A stretch of DNA of 64,000 bases from Chloroflexota bacterium (GTDB lineage Bacteria; Chloroflexota; UBA11872; VXOZ01): the NCBI GenBank assembly GCA_963663275.1, contig OY760183.1, positions 448,001-512,000 on the forward strand. The letters run 5' to 3'. The first letter of the stretch is position 1, and every line of letters starts with the position of its first letter. This document shows, one piece after another, positions 9,252 to 18,787 of the stretch. The notes beneath the pieces were generated by a model. That model was not told the DNA's origin. It saw nothing but the letters and a program-made list of their open reading frames with translations, and made no database searches. A program made the translations under genes and the position numbers.

Positions 9252-10673
9252 ATGTCTGAGCGTGAGTTTCATTTGACCCGGCGCGGGATTCTCATCGGCG
9301 CCGGACTGACTGGCGCGGGCGCGCTGCTGGCCGCCTGCGGCCAAGCGCCGGCCGCGGCCCCCGAGGCTGCCGCCGAAGAAGCACAAGAAGAAGCGCCAAA
9401 AGCGGAAGCGGAAGCCCCTGAGAAGGAGCCGGTGCACATCCGTTACGGCACGTGGCTCAACGCCCGCCAGCTTGAGAACTACCCGGAAACCCTGGTTGCG
9501 CCGTTCGAAGAGTTGCATCCCGGCGTTACCGTGGAAGTCATCCACAACATGCATGCCTACCAGGAGTCGTTCCGCACGGCGTTCGCGGCCGGCGAGCAGC
9601 CCGACGCCGCCTGGGAAGGCGACAACGCCACCTATCTGCTCGGGTACTTCATCGACCTGGCCGACTACATCAAGCGCGACAACTTCGACCTGAGCCACTA
9701 TCCGCAGCATATCTTCAATTCGATCAGCCGCATTCGCAATGAGATCGTCAGCCTGCCCAACCAGACCGGCGGCAACATGATGGCGCTGCCGTACAACCGG
9801 GAAATCATCGAGAAGGCCGGTCTCAATGAGCCGTCCGCCACCTGGGGCGACCCGGAGTGGAACTGGGACGCCTACATCGACATGGCGAAGAAGACCACCA
9901 TCACCGAGGGCGGCAGCATTGCGACCATGGGCGCCTCCAACATGGGCACCGGCGCGCTCGTGGGCAATCTCCCGTTCCTCTGGGGCGGCCAGTGGGTCTC
10001 CGACGACCGCCGCACCGCCGTGTGCGACAGCCCGGAGACGATGGCGTGCTACAATGACTACTTCTCGATGGTGCACGAGCACGGCGCCATGCTGAAGCCG
10101 GGCCAGGGCGCGGACCTCTTTGGCGAGGGCAGCATCGTCAAGCTCTTCTACCAGGGCAAACTGGCCTTCCTGAATACGCTCTCCAGCGGCACGTTCGGCG
10201 ACATGATGCAGCGCATTCGCGACGAAGACCTGCCGATTGACTTCGCGCCGTTGCCGACGGTGCAGACCACGGCCTCCTTCCAGTGGACGGACGCCAATGG
10301 TGTCGTAACGAACGCGGATCATCCCGAAGAAGCCTGGCAGTACGTAGCCTGGCAGGGCAGCACCCTGAACTGGGCCGTGGGCAAAGGCACAATCCCGATG
10401 CGCGCCGACCTCATGGAGCAGTGGGCCAACGAGACCTTCCCCGACCTGAAGGACAAGGTCCGGCTGGACGTCATCATCAACGTCCTCGACCATCCCGGCG
10501 GCTACGACCCCGGCTGGGTAGTTCCCAATTTCGCCTTCAGCGGTTCCGCGGAGGTGAAGGACTGGCTCAAGGCGGTCTACGCCGGCACCGCGGGCGTGGA
10601 AGAGGGCCTGCTGGCGCTGAAGCCACAGATTCAGGCCATCCTCGACGATACGGAGGAGAAGTACAAAGGGTAA
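9252..10673 (+). CDS. ABC-type extracellular solute-binding lipoprotein (carbohydrate family), Tat signal
   Basis: LTRRGIL twin-arginine, LAAC lipobox, Ala/Glu linker, YNREII..AGL..P...W.WD; RBS AGGAGG. Confidence 0.88.
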   Translation: MSEREFHLTRRGILIGAGLTGAGALLAACGQAPAAAPEAAAEEAQEEAPKAEAEAPEKEPVHIRYGTWLNARQLENYPETLVAPFEELHPGVTVEVIHNMHAYQESFRTAFAAGEQPDAAWEGDNATYLLGYFIDLADYIKRDNFDLSHYPQHIFNSISRIRNEIVSLPNQTGGNMMALPYNREIIEKAGLNEPSATWGDPEWNWDAYIDMAKKTTITEGGSIATMGASNMGTGALVGNLPFLWGGQWVSDDRRTAVCDSPETMACYNDYFSMVHEHGAMLKPGQGADLFGEGSIVKLFYQGKLAFLNTLSSGTFGDMMQRIRDEDLPIDFAPLPTVQTTASFQWTDANGVVTNADHPEEAWQYVAWQGSTLNWAVGKGTIPMRADLMEQWANETFPDLKDKVRLDVIINVLDHPGGYDPGWVVPNFAFSGSAEVKDWLKAVYAGTAGVEEGLLALKPQIQAILDDTEEKYKG

Positions 10674-10729
10674 TGCTGGTCGGCCAGGCGACGCGCCTTT
10701 GATCGCCTGAACCTCTCGGAGACAACGCG

Positions 10730-10773
10730 CTAAATGCGTAGGGGCACGGCATGCCGTGCCCCTACGCATTTAG
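10730..10773. repeat. perfect 44-bp palindrome around the GTAGGGGCAC REP core
   Basis: ctaaatgc-GTAGGGGCACGGCATGCCGTGCCCCTAC-gcatttag; compensatory change in both arms of the core. Confidence 0.9.
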
Positions 10774-10860
10774 GTGAACCGCAAGAGACCGCCTAGAGAC
10801 CGCTTGGAGATCGCTTGGAAAACGCTTGGAAAACGCGCAGATGGGAGGAGAGACACCCCC

Positions 10861-11991
10861 ATGTCCAAATATCACGAACGCTACGGCCTGACGCCCATCA
10901 TCAACACCGCCGGCACCCAGACCACGCTCGGCGCATCAGCGGTGCCGCCGGAAGTGGTGGAACGGGTGGTGGAAGCCGCGCCGGAGTTCGCGCGCATGAC
11001 CGAATTACTCGCCGCCGCCGACGCGGCCATTGCCCACGCCACCGGCGCGGAAGCGGGCACGGTCACTCATTGCGCCGCTTCCGCCATCGCGGTGCTCTGC
11101 GCCGGGGCCATGACCGGCGCGCACCTGGGCAAAGTGCTGGCCCTGCCCGACACCAGCCGCATGGAAAACGAGGTCATCATCCAGAAGCGGCACACGGTCG
11201 GCTTTGGCGCGCCGGTGACGCAAATGATTCACCTCAGCGGCGCGCAGGCCGTGGAGTTCGGCGAGGCCAACCGCGCCCTGCCCGAACAGATGGAGTACGC
11301 CATCACCGACCACACCGCGGCCGCGCTCTACGTCGTCTCCCACATGACCGCCACCAGCGGCCAACTCTCCCTGCCCGCCTTTGCCGAGATTGCCCACCGC
11401 CACAACCTTCCTGTCATCGTCGACGCCGCGGCCGGGGCGTTGTTTGCCCACCGCCTGCTGGATGAGGGCGCGGACGCGGTCTGCTTCAGCGGACACAAGC
11501 ACCTCTGCGGCTTCACCTCGGGCGTCATCGCCGGCAAGCGCGACCTGGTCCAGGCCGCGGCCCTGAACGGCAAGGGCATCGGCCGCGCCATGAAACCGTC
11601 CAAAGAGGGCGTGGTAAGCGTCATCGAGCGCATGGAGTGGCTGGCCGACCTGGACTTCGCCGCCTGGGAAGCCGAGCAGAACGCCAAGGTGGACGTGATG
11701 GTGGCGGCGTTGCAGGGCATCCCCGGCGCCAACGTCTTTGCCGAGCGCGACCTCACCGGCAATCCCCAGACCCGTACCAAGATCGTGGTGGACCCGGAAG
11801 CCGCCGGCATGGACGCCGTAGCCGTGTGCCAGGCAATGGAAGCGGGCAGTCCGCCCATCTACGTGCGCGACCACTACGCCGAAGAGGGCTTCCTCTTCAT
11901 CGATCCCATCACCCTGCGCCCGGAGGACGTGCCCACCGTAGTTGCCCGCCTCCAGGAGATATTGCAGCCGGTCGGCGCGACGGTAAGCTAA
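10861..11991 (+). CDS. SelA-like PLP-dependent enzyme (DgaE/D-glucosaminate-6-P ammonia-lyase family)
   Basis: PIINTAGTQTTLGAS, VIVDAAA, FSGHK (PLP lysine), GIGRAMK.SKE; ATG at 10861. Confidence 0.8.
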   Translation: MSKYHERYGLTPIINTAGTQTTLGASAVPPEVVERVVEAAPEFARMTELLAAADAAIAHATGAEAGTVTHCAASAIAVLCAGAMTGAHLGKVLALPDTSRMENEVIIQKRHTVGFGAPVTQMIHLSGAQAVEFGEANRALPEQMEYAITDHTAAALYVVSHMTATSGQLSLPAFAEIAHRHNLPVIVDAAAGALFAHRLLDEGADAVCFSGHKHLCGFTSGVIAGKRDLVQAAALNGKGIGRAMKPSKEGVVSVIERMEWLADLDFAAWEAEQNAKVDVMVAALQGIPGANVFAERDLTGNPQTRTKIVVDPEAAGMDAVAVCQAMEAGSPPIYVRDHYAEEGFLFIDPITLRPEDVPTVVARLQEILQPVGATVS

Positions 11992-12103
11992 GTGTAGGAC
12001 GCGAATCTCGCTCGTACATTACCGGGCGCAGGCTTTGAGATTGGCAAGAGCCAATAACCGGGAACTGCAAGTATGGCTTGCCATCTTTGGTCAACCGCTG
12101 CCG

Positions 12104-12133
12104 TTGACAGCGTAATCCTTATATCACTATGCT
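12104..12133 (+). promoter_or_regulatory. putative sigma70 promoter inside the oxidase islet
   Basis: TTGACA-N18-TATGCT in an AT-richer patch. Confidence 0.4.
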
Positions 12134-12486
12134 TAAAGATAGAAGAGGCCCACCAAACGTGACAAAATTCAGAACCTTCACATCGAGCCTGGTTCCGGAA
12201 CGCTGGCCAGTCACCGATTCCGACGATTCGGCTTGCGGCCAATGCCGCCCCGTCGGGATGGCAGGTGTCATCCTATCGCTGCACGATGGTTGCCGCTGCG
12301 TCACCGCGCGCTGAGGAGGTCCGCGGTCGCGTAGCCCCAATTTGGGGCCCAGCCAGCAGTTGTTGCACACGGTGGGAGGGGCCAGCCAAGCGCAGGATGA
12401 ATCGTCGCCAGTAATCTGTGGTAGCCGCAGGAGGGAAGTACGACTTGAATCGCAATTCGTCTGACAGTCCAGGGCACAACCCGGTC

Positions 12487-13926
12487 ATGCGCGCGCCGGC
12501 GCTTCGGCAGCGGCGTAGTCGCGCCATGACTATCATAGGCGTAGTAATCGGCATCCTCATGGCGGTTGCCTTGCATGCCGGTTGCGGCGGCCTCCAGCGG
12601 GTATCGGTCGATACGCCCGCGATGGCGCCCTTGTCGATCCCGCCGCTGCTCGAGCCGAGGATTGAGAATGGTGTCTCGTATTACGAGCTTACGCTCGGCG
12701 CTTCACAGCACGACTACAGACTGCCGGGTATGACCGACACGTACTCCTACAATGGCATGTCTGTGCTCGGCCCCACACTTCGTCTTAGAACCGGAGACTC
12801 GGTGGTCATCAGCGTCACGAACGAGTTGGACGAGACCACAACGACGCACTGGCACGGCGCCGACGTCCCGGCTGAGGACGACGGCGGACCCCACAGCCTT
12901 ATCGAACCGGGAGAGACCTGGGTGGCTGACTTCGACGTGATCCAGCCGGCGGCCACCCTCTGGTATCACCCCCATGCCCATGGGTCCACCGCCGAGCAGG
13001 TCTACCGCGGCGCGGCAGGATTGATAATCATCGAGGACGACAACCCCGCGGCCGCGGCGCTACCGGCAACCTACGGCGTTGACGACATTCCGGTCATCAT
13101 TCAGGACAGGGACTTCACCGAGGACGGTCAACTCGCCTTCGCCATAGACGATGGTGACGAGGGAAAACTCTATTCCACGCTGACGGTGAACGGCACGCTC
13201 AACCCGTTTATCGAGGTGCCTAAAGGGTTGGTTCGGCTCCGGCTGCTGAATGGCAGCCAAGCCCGGATCTACAACCTCGGCGTCGAGGGAGCCGCTATGA
13301 CCAAGATCGCCTCCGACGGCGGCTATCTGGCTAGTCCCGTCGTACTCGAGCGACTCGTGCTCGCGCCCGGGGATCGAGCCGAGATCATCGTCGATGTCGG
13401 GACGGAATCCGCCGCTTTGGTCGACAGTGCGTTTGGCCGGGTGCTGGAGCTCCGCCCGAACGGCTCAGCTTCCGGCACGGGTACGCTTCCGGAGAAACTC
13501 GCCACCATAGAGCGCATATCCGAGTCGGAGATCACGGTGGACCGGAGTTTCCACATGGGGGACGTGCGCAACTTCTGGGAGTTCGACGCAACCTGGGTAA
13601 TCAATGGGGTCCAGTTCGACATGAACAGGATCGACTTTACGGTGAAACTCGGCGATACCGAGCGTTGGACTCTCTCCAGCGACGACGGCCAGCACGTGTT
13701 CCACCCCCACCAGATTCAGTTCTTGATTTTGGCGATCAATGGCGAACCTCCACCACCGGAGGAATCAGGTTGGGAGGACTCCGTGTTGGTGAATTCCGAC
13801 CGTGAGGTCGTCATCGCCGCTCGCTTCAAGACGTATGCCGCTGAAGACATGCCGTATATGTACCATTGCCACATTCTTGATCACGAGGATACGGGCATGA
13901 TGGGGCAGTTCCTGATCGCTGAGTAG
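12487..13926 (+). CDS. multicopper oxidase (CueO/laccase-like), probable lipoprotein; start uncertain (12418/12487/12526)
   Basis: All four copper motifs: HWHG, WYHPH, HVFHPH, HCHILDHEDTGMM; hydrophobic signal ending LHAGC. Confidence 0.9.
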   Translation: MRAPALRQRRSRAMTIIGVVIGILMAVALHAGCGGLQRVSVDTPAMAPLSIPPLLEPRIENGVSYYELTLGASQHDYRLPGMTDTYSYNGMSVLGPTLRLRTGDSVVISVTNELDETTTTHWHGADVPAEDDGGPHSLIEPGETWVADFDVIQPAATLWYHPHAHGSTAEQVYRGAAGLIIIEDDNPAAAALPATYGVDDIPVIIQDRDFTEDGQLAFAIDDGDEGKLYSTLTVNGTLNPFIEVPKGLVRLRLLNGSQARIYNLGVEGAAMTKIASDGGYLASPVVLERLVLAPGDRAEIIVDVGTESAALVDSAFGRVLELRPNGSASGTGTLPEKLATIERISESEITVDRSFHMGDVRNFWEFDATWVINGVQFDMNRIDFTVKLGDTERWTLSSDDGQHVFHPHQIQFLILAINGEPPPPEESGWEDSVLVNSDREVVIAARFKTYAAEDMPYMYHCHILDHEDTGMMGQFLIAE

Positions 13927-13960
13927 CGCGCGCGTGCTACGGTTGCCATAGAGGGCAAGC

Positions 13961-14107
13961 GGCAACCCGCCCATCTACGTGCGCGACCACTACGCCGAAG
14001 AGGGTTTTCTCTTCATCGACCCCATCACCCTGCGCCCCGAGGACGTGCCGACGGTGATCGCCCGCCTCCAGGAGATCTTGCAGCCGGTCGGCGCGGCGGC
14101 GCGCTGA
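13961..14107 (+). pseudogene. orphan duplicate of the last 48 codons plus stop of the SelA-like gene
   Basis: Ungapped match to 11845-11991, 130/147 identical by manual count, mostly synonymous differences, own TGA, no start. Confidence 0.9.
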
Positions 14108-14156
14108 TGTGAATTGACCGCGGCAGGGACATTAGGATGGGAGGCAAACTTCCAAG

Positions 14157-14921
14157 ATGAGGTTGGTCTACAAGCTGGGGCTGGGCATCATTGTGGCCGG
14201 CCTCATCATCGTCCTGTCCGCCGGGGCGCTTGGCGGGATGTTCTACGAAGGGCTCATGCAACTCTTGACGCTCGCGGGCGCGCCCGCGGAGCGCCAGTTC
14301 CTGCCCCCCAGCCAATCGGAAAATGGCGAACTGATACTCCAGATGCTCGGCTCCCTGGTCTTGCTCTGCGGGGCCTGCATCATCAGCGCCCGCCTGTTGC
14401 TCGGCTTGCTGGGATACCTGGCGGCCGGCCTGCTGAAACTGGTCGGCAAGCCGAATATGGCCGCTAAACTGGGATGGGCCGCCGCGCCGGGCTGGTTCGG
14501 CAACCTGGTGTGGATCGCCAAGCTGGGACTGGCCGCGGCGGCGGTCGGGTTCCTCGTCTTCGTCTTCACCGCCGTGCCGGAACTCCTGCTCTATGAAATC
14601 TTCCTCTACGAGTACGGAACGCCGGGGGTGATGGCGACGCTGGGTACCCTCTATAAAGTCGGCCTCGGCATGTTCTGGACCGGCCTTGCCCTCCTGATCT
14701 TGGGGAAGCCGATCCAGGCGCTGCTCAGCTACTGGCTCAACGCGCTTGGCTTCGGGTTGATCCTAATCGGAGTCATCGGCGCGCTGCTGGGGTGGGGAAC
14801 GCCCTTCATCATCGCCGGGGTGATTGGAGGCGCTATGCTGGTTGTGGGCGCTTGGCGCTTCCTGACCGCGCGCAATGCCGACGCCAGGCTGAGAGCCAGG
14901 ATTAGACGACGCGTCCCCTGA
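14157..14921 (+). CDS. hypothetical polytopic membrane protein
   Basis: About 7 hydrophobic segments, recurring (Y/A)K(L/V)GLG motif; RBS GGAGG. Confidence 0.75.
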   Translation: MRLVYKLGLGIIVAGLIIVLSAGALGGMFYEGLMQLLTLAGAPAERQFLPPSQSENGELILQMLGSLVLLCGACIISARLLLGLLGYLAAGLLKLVGKPNMAAKLGWAAAPGWFGNLVWIAKLGLAAAAVGFLVFVFTAVPELLLYEIFLYEYGTPGVMATLGTLYKVGLGMFWTGLALLILGKPIQALLSYWLNALGFGLILIGVIGALLGWGTPFIIAGVIGGAMLVVGAWRFLTARNADARLRARIRRRVP

Positions 14922-14946
14922 GCGGCATGGAAACGGACTCCCACTC

Positions 14947-15400
14947 GTCACTCCGGCGAAAGCCGGAGTCCAGGCGGATGCGGCAAAGATAGATTCCCGC
15001 ATTCGTGGGGAAATGTAAGTGTCAGGCAATGCGCTGACAGATTCTGCACCTAGAGCAAGGCAGCCCCGCGCCGCAAACGTCCAACGCACATGTCATTCCG
15101 AACGGAGCGCAGCGCAGTGAGGAATCTAAGACGCTGCGCCAATTGAGTTAGATGAAGCGTGGACCCTAGATTCCTCGCTGCGCTCGGAATGACAGGCGAC
15201 GCGCCCCTCGCGCTTCCTCCTCACTTTCCCCTATCCCACCGCCTCTTACAACATACAAATGACATTTGCATACCCCTGTCAGCCCTCAAAAGGGGGAGGG
15301 TTGGGATGGGGATGAAGTGCTTGACATCACGATTTCTTTGGGCAACAAACTATCTGGATTCCGGCTTTCGCCGGAATGACGGGAGTTATGCATAGGTTTC
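14947..15400. repeat. composite cluster of GTCATTCC-type REPs with MITE-A and MITE-B ends
   Basis: gtcactccggcgaaagccggagtcc, REP doublet 15092-15193, tacccctgtcagccc, gggagttatgcataggtttc. Confidence 0.7.
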
Positions 15401-15430
15401 CGTAAGGCCCGCCCCCGGCAAGCCGGGCCG

Positions 15431-16819
15431 TTACCAGCCGTTCCGCGCAATCGCCCACACAGTCAGGACCGTGATCACCACGACAATGATGAGCACCGTG
15501 GCCGCCACGCCCAGCAATATCTTCAGGAAGTCTCGCGCGGCCTCTTTCGGCGGGGGCACGGTGACTTGAGACAGAGTGGCGCGCGCGGCCTGGGTGGCTT
15601 GCCGGACGGTAGGCTGCGCGGGGGCGGGCGCCGGCCGCGGCAGCGCGCGCGGCTGCCGCCTGGCCCTGCCGGTCGCGGTCAGCCCCGGCCTGGCCGCGGG
15701 CGCGGTAGCGGACCCGGGATGCGCCGCCGTGCGGGAAAGTGACGCCGGCCCCGGCGGCGGCTTACTGGCAGCCGCCGCCTTCTTTGCGGCCGCCTTCTTC
15801 CTGGCCTCCACCTTCTTCTTTGCCTCTGCCCTCTTCTTTGCCGCCGCCTTCTTCCGGGCCTCCGCTTTCTTCTTTGCCGCCGCCTGCGCAGACGCCATAG
15901 ACGCCGGCGCCGGCGCGGCGCTGGGCGGAATGTCTTGCAGGATTGTCTCCAGATCCGGCACCGCGTCTACCTTGGGCAGCGCGCAGTACTCCTCCAGGCG
16001 TTTCGTCAGTTCCACCACGGCGGGATCTTTGGATTTCTTGACGCGCTTGAATACTTCGGACGCGCCCGGGTCCTCGTAGTCCTTGGCGGTGAATATCAGA
16101 TTGTCGTCGTTGAAGAACGACCACAGGTCGGGGTCGGCGGCCACGGCCAGCAAGCTGAGATAGATCACCAGCGTGGGAAAGTTGTCCACGTAGTCGCCGT
16201 AGTCCGCCGCGGAACGCTGGGGGTGCTGGTAGTTCTTGTGTCCCAATTCCGGGCTGCGCTCCCCGCGGAATTGGGGCAGGAACATGCCGTCGTAGTCCAC
16301 CAGGCGGATATTGCCGTTGTCCTGCACCATCACGTTGCCGTGCTGCAGGTCGTTATGGGCGATGCGCAGCCCGCGCAGGCTGGCGGTGGTGCCGCCGCGC
16401 CACTGGGCGGCCACGCGCCGCAGGGTGTCCGGCTCGTCCAGCGCGTCGCCGACGAACGCGCTCAACACCTCCCCTTCCACCCACTCCATCTTGACGATCG
16501 GATACCAATCGCCCTTGAGGCAGATGCCGTCTTCCACGTACTCGAAGTGGACGAACGAAGGCGGCAGCACGTTGATCAGGTAGTCGCTGAGTTGGTTGTA
16601 GCGGTCCTGCTGGTCTTTCACCTCGCGGGTGAAGCAGCGCACCGCGTACGCGCCGCCGTTGACGGAGACCGAGTAGACGCAGGCGAACGAACCGGAGAAC
16701 ACCATGGGCATGCCCCGTTGGTTCGTCGCCACCTTGCCGTCTTCAAGCTCCGTGCCGTTGAAGCACAGGCTGGGATTCTGCACCGCCTCGCTAAAGTCGG
16801 TTATACCCGGCCAGGACAT
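15431..16819 (-). CDS. TerY-P type Ser/Thr protein kinase with Lys/Ala-rich repeat, Pro-rich linker and C-terminal TM helix
   Basis: True start MSWP at 16819; GSFACVY, AVRCF, MEWVEG, HNDLQHGN, LVDYDG, ELGHKNYQHP. Confidence 0.85.
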   Translation of the reverse strand: MSWPGITDFSEAVQNPSLCFNGTELEDGKVATNQRGMPMVFSGSFACVYSVSVNGGAYAVRCFTREVKDQQDRYNQLSDYLINVLPPSFVHFEYVEDGICLKGDWYPIVKMEWVEGEVLSAFVGDALDEPDTLRRVAAQWRGGTTASLRGLRIAHNDLQHGNVMVQDNGNIRLVDYDGMFLPQFRGERSPELGHKNYQHPQRSAADYGDYVDNFPTLVIYLSLLAVAADPDLWSFFNDDNLIFTAKDYEDPGASEVFKRVKKSKDPAVVELTKRLEEYCALPKVDAVPDLETILQDIPPSAAPAPASMASAQAAAKKKAEARKKAAAKKRAEAKKKVEARKKAAAKKAAAASKPPPGPASLSRTAAHPGSATAPAARPGLTATGRARRQPRALPRPAPAPAQPTVRQATQAARATLSQVTVPPPKEAARDFLKILLGVAATVLIIVVVITVLTVWAIARNGW

Positions 16820-16835
16820 GGCTGCGCACCGCCTC

Positions 16836-17621
16836 TCACGCCTCGTTGACCGCGATGGCGACCAGCGTGGTATCGTCGTTGCGCATCGCGCCTGCGCGCC
16901 GCCGCTGCGCAATCCACTCGTCCCACTCCGGCGCGTCCAACGCCAGCAGGGTCTCCCAAGGCCGCTCGCCGGCGGCGTTGGCGGCCAGGAACCAGCAGGC
17001 CAAGGCGTCCGACGCCAGGATGAAGAGGTCGCCCGGCGCGCACGCGCCGCCGCCGCGCCGCACACATTCCCACAACGCTCCGGCATTGTCCGGGTTGCTG
17101 CACACCAGGTCGGGCGTGTTGTCGAACTGGGCGGCGTCATCCAGGGGAAAGGCGACGTGCAGCCGGCCCCGGCGCACGATGAAGAGGCAGCTATCCCCCA
17201 CGGCCACCGCCTGCCAGCGGAGGCCGCCGGGCGCGTCCGGCGCCGCGCCGAGGGTCAGCCCCACCAGGCTGGCGAAAGCCCCGGCCCGGGCTTTGGCCTC
17301 GCCGTGCCAGGGCACCCGTTCCCAGGGCACGGCGGCGTGCCATGCCGCCTGCGCCGGGGCCAGCCAGTCATAGAGGGTATCTTCCGTCAAGCCGGGGATG
17401 TCCAAGGGCCGGTCGACGAAAGCGTCGGTCAGGATATTCGCCCACTCCCGGGCAAAAGCCGACTCGCTGGCGCCGTCGGCTACGGCTACCCGCACCGTGC
17501 GGCGGCCGGACGCGCCGATGCGCTGGGGGTAGACCGCCTGGGCGGCGTCCTCGTACTCGTCCGGACGGTTGCCCGCCTTGGGCAGCCAGAGCCGCTTGGG
17601 GGGTTGAAGAGTCATCTTCAC
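16836..17621 (-). CDS. PP2C-like protein phosphatase
   Basis: YEDA, AVADGAS, VGDSCLF, LASDAL, NDDTT metal-binding motifs. Confidence 0.88.
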   Translation of the reverse strand: MKMTLQPPKRLWLPKAGNRPDEYEDAAQAVYPQRIGASGRRTVRVAVADGASESAFAREWANILTDAFVDRPLDIPGLTEDTLYDWLAPAQAAWHAAVPWERVPWHGEAKARAGAFASLVGLTLGAAPDAPGGLRWQAVAVGDSCLFIVRRGRLHVAFPLDDAAQFDNTPDLVCSNPDNAGALWECVRRGGGACAPGDLFILASDALACWFLAANAAGERPWETLLALDAPEWDEWIAQRRRAGAMRNDDTTLVAIAVNEA

Positions 17622-17633
17622 CCTCCACTTCGG

Positions 17634-18491
17634 TTACTGCAAGTCCGATGCGGCGCGGGTCCCAATATCCAGGAACTGCACCAGCGCCACCATGTCGGCG
17701 TTGTAGACGTAGCCGCGCGACCCATCGACCACCGGCAGTTCCATGCTGGCGGCCAGGTCACGCACCGGGTCCGGAAAGACCGAAGACATGCGGAACATCG
17801 CCGCCGCGTAGTCATCCGGCGGCAGGTCGTCCTCCGCGGCCGGGTACTGCACCGGCGGCGCGGACACCTCGGAGAGATGCGCGTTGTAGAGCAGCGTCTC
17901 GCCGTCGTTGGTCGCCAGAGACATGAGTTCCTGGGCGATGGGTTCCGGATCCCCATCGCCGGCGGCGCCGTCGGAGATGTTGATCACCATCGGGGGATAG
18001 GAATCCGCGTGTTCCGACGTCCACGCCTCCACGGCGGCGGACGCGGCGGAGAGCGCCGCGCACATGGGCGTGCCGTATGACGCCGTCGGCCGGAGCCACA
18101 CCGGAAACTTGCGGTTGACTTCCACGATGCCGCCGGCCCCGTCGGACTCCTTCACCACCCGTTCCTCCACCTCGGCCGCGTCAACCACCTCGCTGACCGC
18201 CAGGAACGGCTCCTCCACGGAGGTACCGGGAAACACGGCGCCCAACGATGGTTCCCCGGTAGGGTCGGTGGTGTAGGTAATGATGCCGATGTGGAAGTAG
18301 TCGCGAACTTCCATGCCCTGGGAGCAGCGCTGGGAGAGGGCATCGAGAATCCGATTGATGGCGTCGGCCGCGCCATGCATCTTTAGCAGGCCGGGCTGTC
18401 CGCCCAAAGCGCCGGACATCGATGCCGATTGGTCGAGCAGGAAGAGGAAGCAGCCGGGATTGTTGCGGCTGATGTCCGCCGTGTAGGGCAT
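17634..18491 (-). CDS. vWA domain protein (TerY-like)
   Basis: MIDAS DQSASM, GTPMC.AL, INISDG; RBS AAGGAG. Confidence 0.88.
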   Translation of the reverse strand: MPYTADISRNNPGCFLFLLDQSASMSGALGGQPGLLKMHGAADAINRILDALSQRCSQGMEVRDYFHIGIITYTTDPTGEPSLGAVFPGTSVEEPFLAVSEVVDAAEVEERVVKESDGAGGIVEVNRKFPVWLRPTASYGTPMCAALSAASAAVEAWTSEHADSYPPMVINISDGAAGDGDPEPIAQELMSLATNDGETLLYNAHLSEVSAPPVQYPAAEDDLPPDDYAAAMFRMSSVFPDPVRDLAASMELPVVDGSRGYVYNADMVALVQFLDIGTRAASDLQ

Positions 18492-18532
18492 AGCGTACTA
18501 CTCCTTGCGGTGCTAGCAATCGTGCGGCTCAA

Positions 18533-18570
18533 GTCTATGTCTGTATAACATAGACACAATCTGAGAGCAA
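18533..18570 (-). promoter_or_regulatory. promoter of the vWA-PP2C-kinase operon with an overlapping inverted-repeat operator
   Basis: Minus strand TTGCTC-N17-TATACA; GTCTATGT-N7-ACATAGAC (18533-18555) brackets the -10 box. Confidence 0.55.
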
Positions 18571-18693
18571 TCGGCCGCGCGGCCCACAACCGTTTCCAAG
18601 GCGTCAACACGTCGTTTGATCACACCGGTTGGGGCAATTGGCTGCTCCCGTACGGGCACGAATTGTCGATTGGTCACCCCGGTTGGGGCACGC

Positions 18694-18743
18694 GGCCACC
18701 CCCGGTAGGGGCACGACATGTCGTGCCCCTACCGGGGGTGGCC
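18694..18743. repeat. perfect 50-bp palindrome around the GTAGGGGCAC REP core
   Basis: ggccacccccg-core-cgggggtggcc. Confidence 0.9.
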
Positions 18744-18787
18744 AATTGACGAAAACCGCGCCGCGCGCCCGTCCGCCGGGCGGCGCG

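Noticed and set aside
9237-10769. Long antisense and alternate-frame ORFs over real genes (e.g. 24729-26330, 39548-41341, 56168-57730)
   Set aside because: Expected shadow ORFs in high-GC DNA; the opposite frame carries the recognisable motifs.
10861-11991. Selenocysteine synthase selA
   Set aside because: Too short and closer to the DgaE-type motif set; no selB, selC or selD nearby.
11992-12486. Small ORFs or recombinase remnant inside the oxidase islet
   Set aside because: No recognisable motifs in any frame.
11845-14107. DGR template/variable repeat pair
   Set aside because: Differences are mostly synonymous and not adenine-specific; no reverse transcriptase in the window.
16820-17140. 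N-terminal extensions in the ORF track (kinase, nusA, rbfA, cysS, radA, ggt, fasciclin, SDR)
   Set aside because: They overlap upstream genes or repeats; downstream starts have RBS and match family N-termini.
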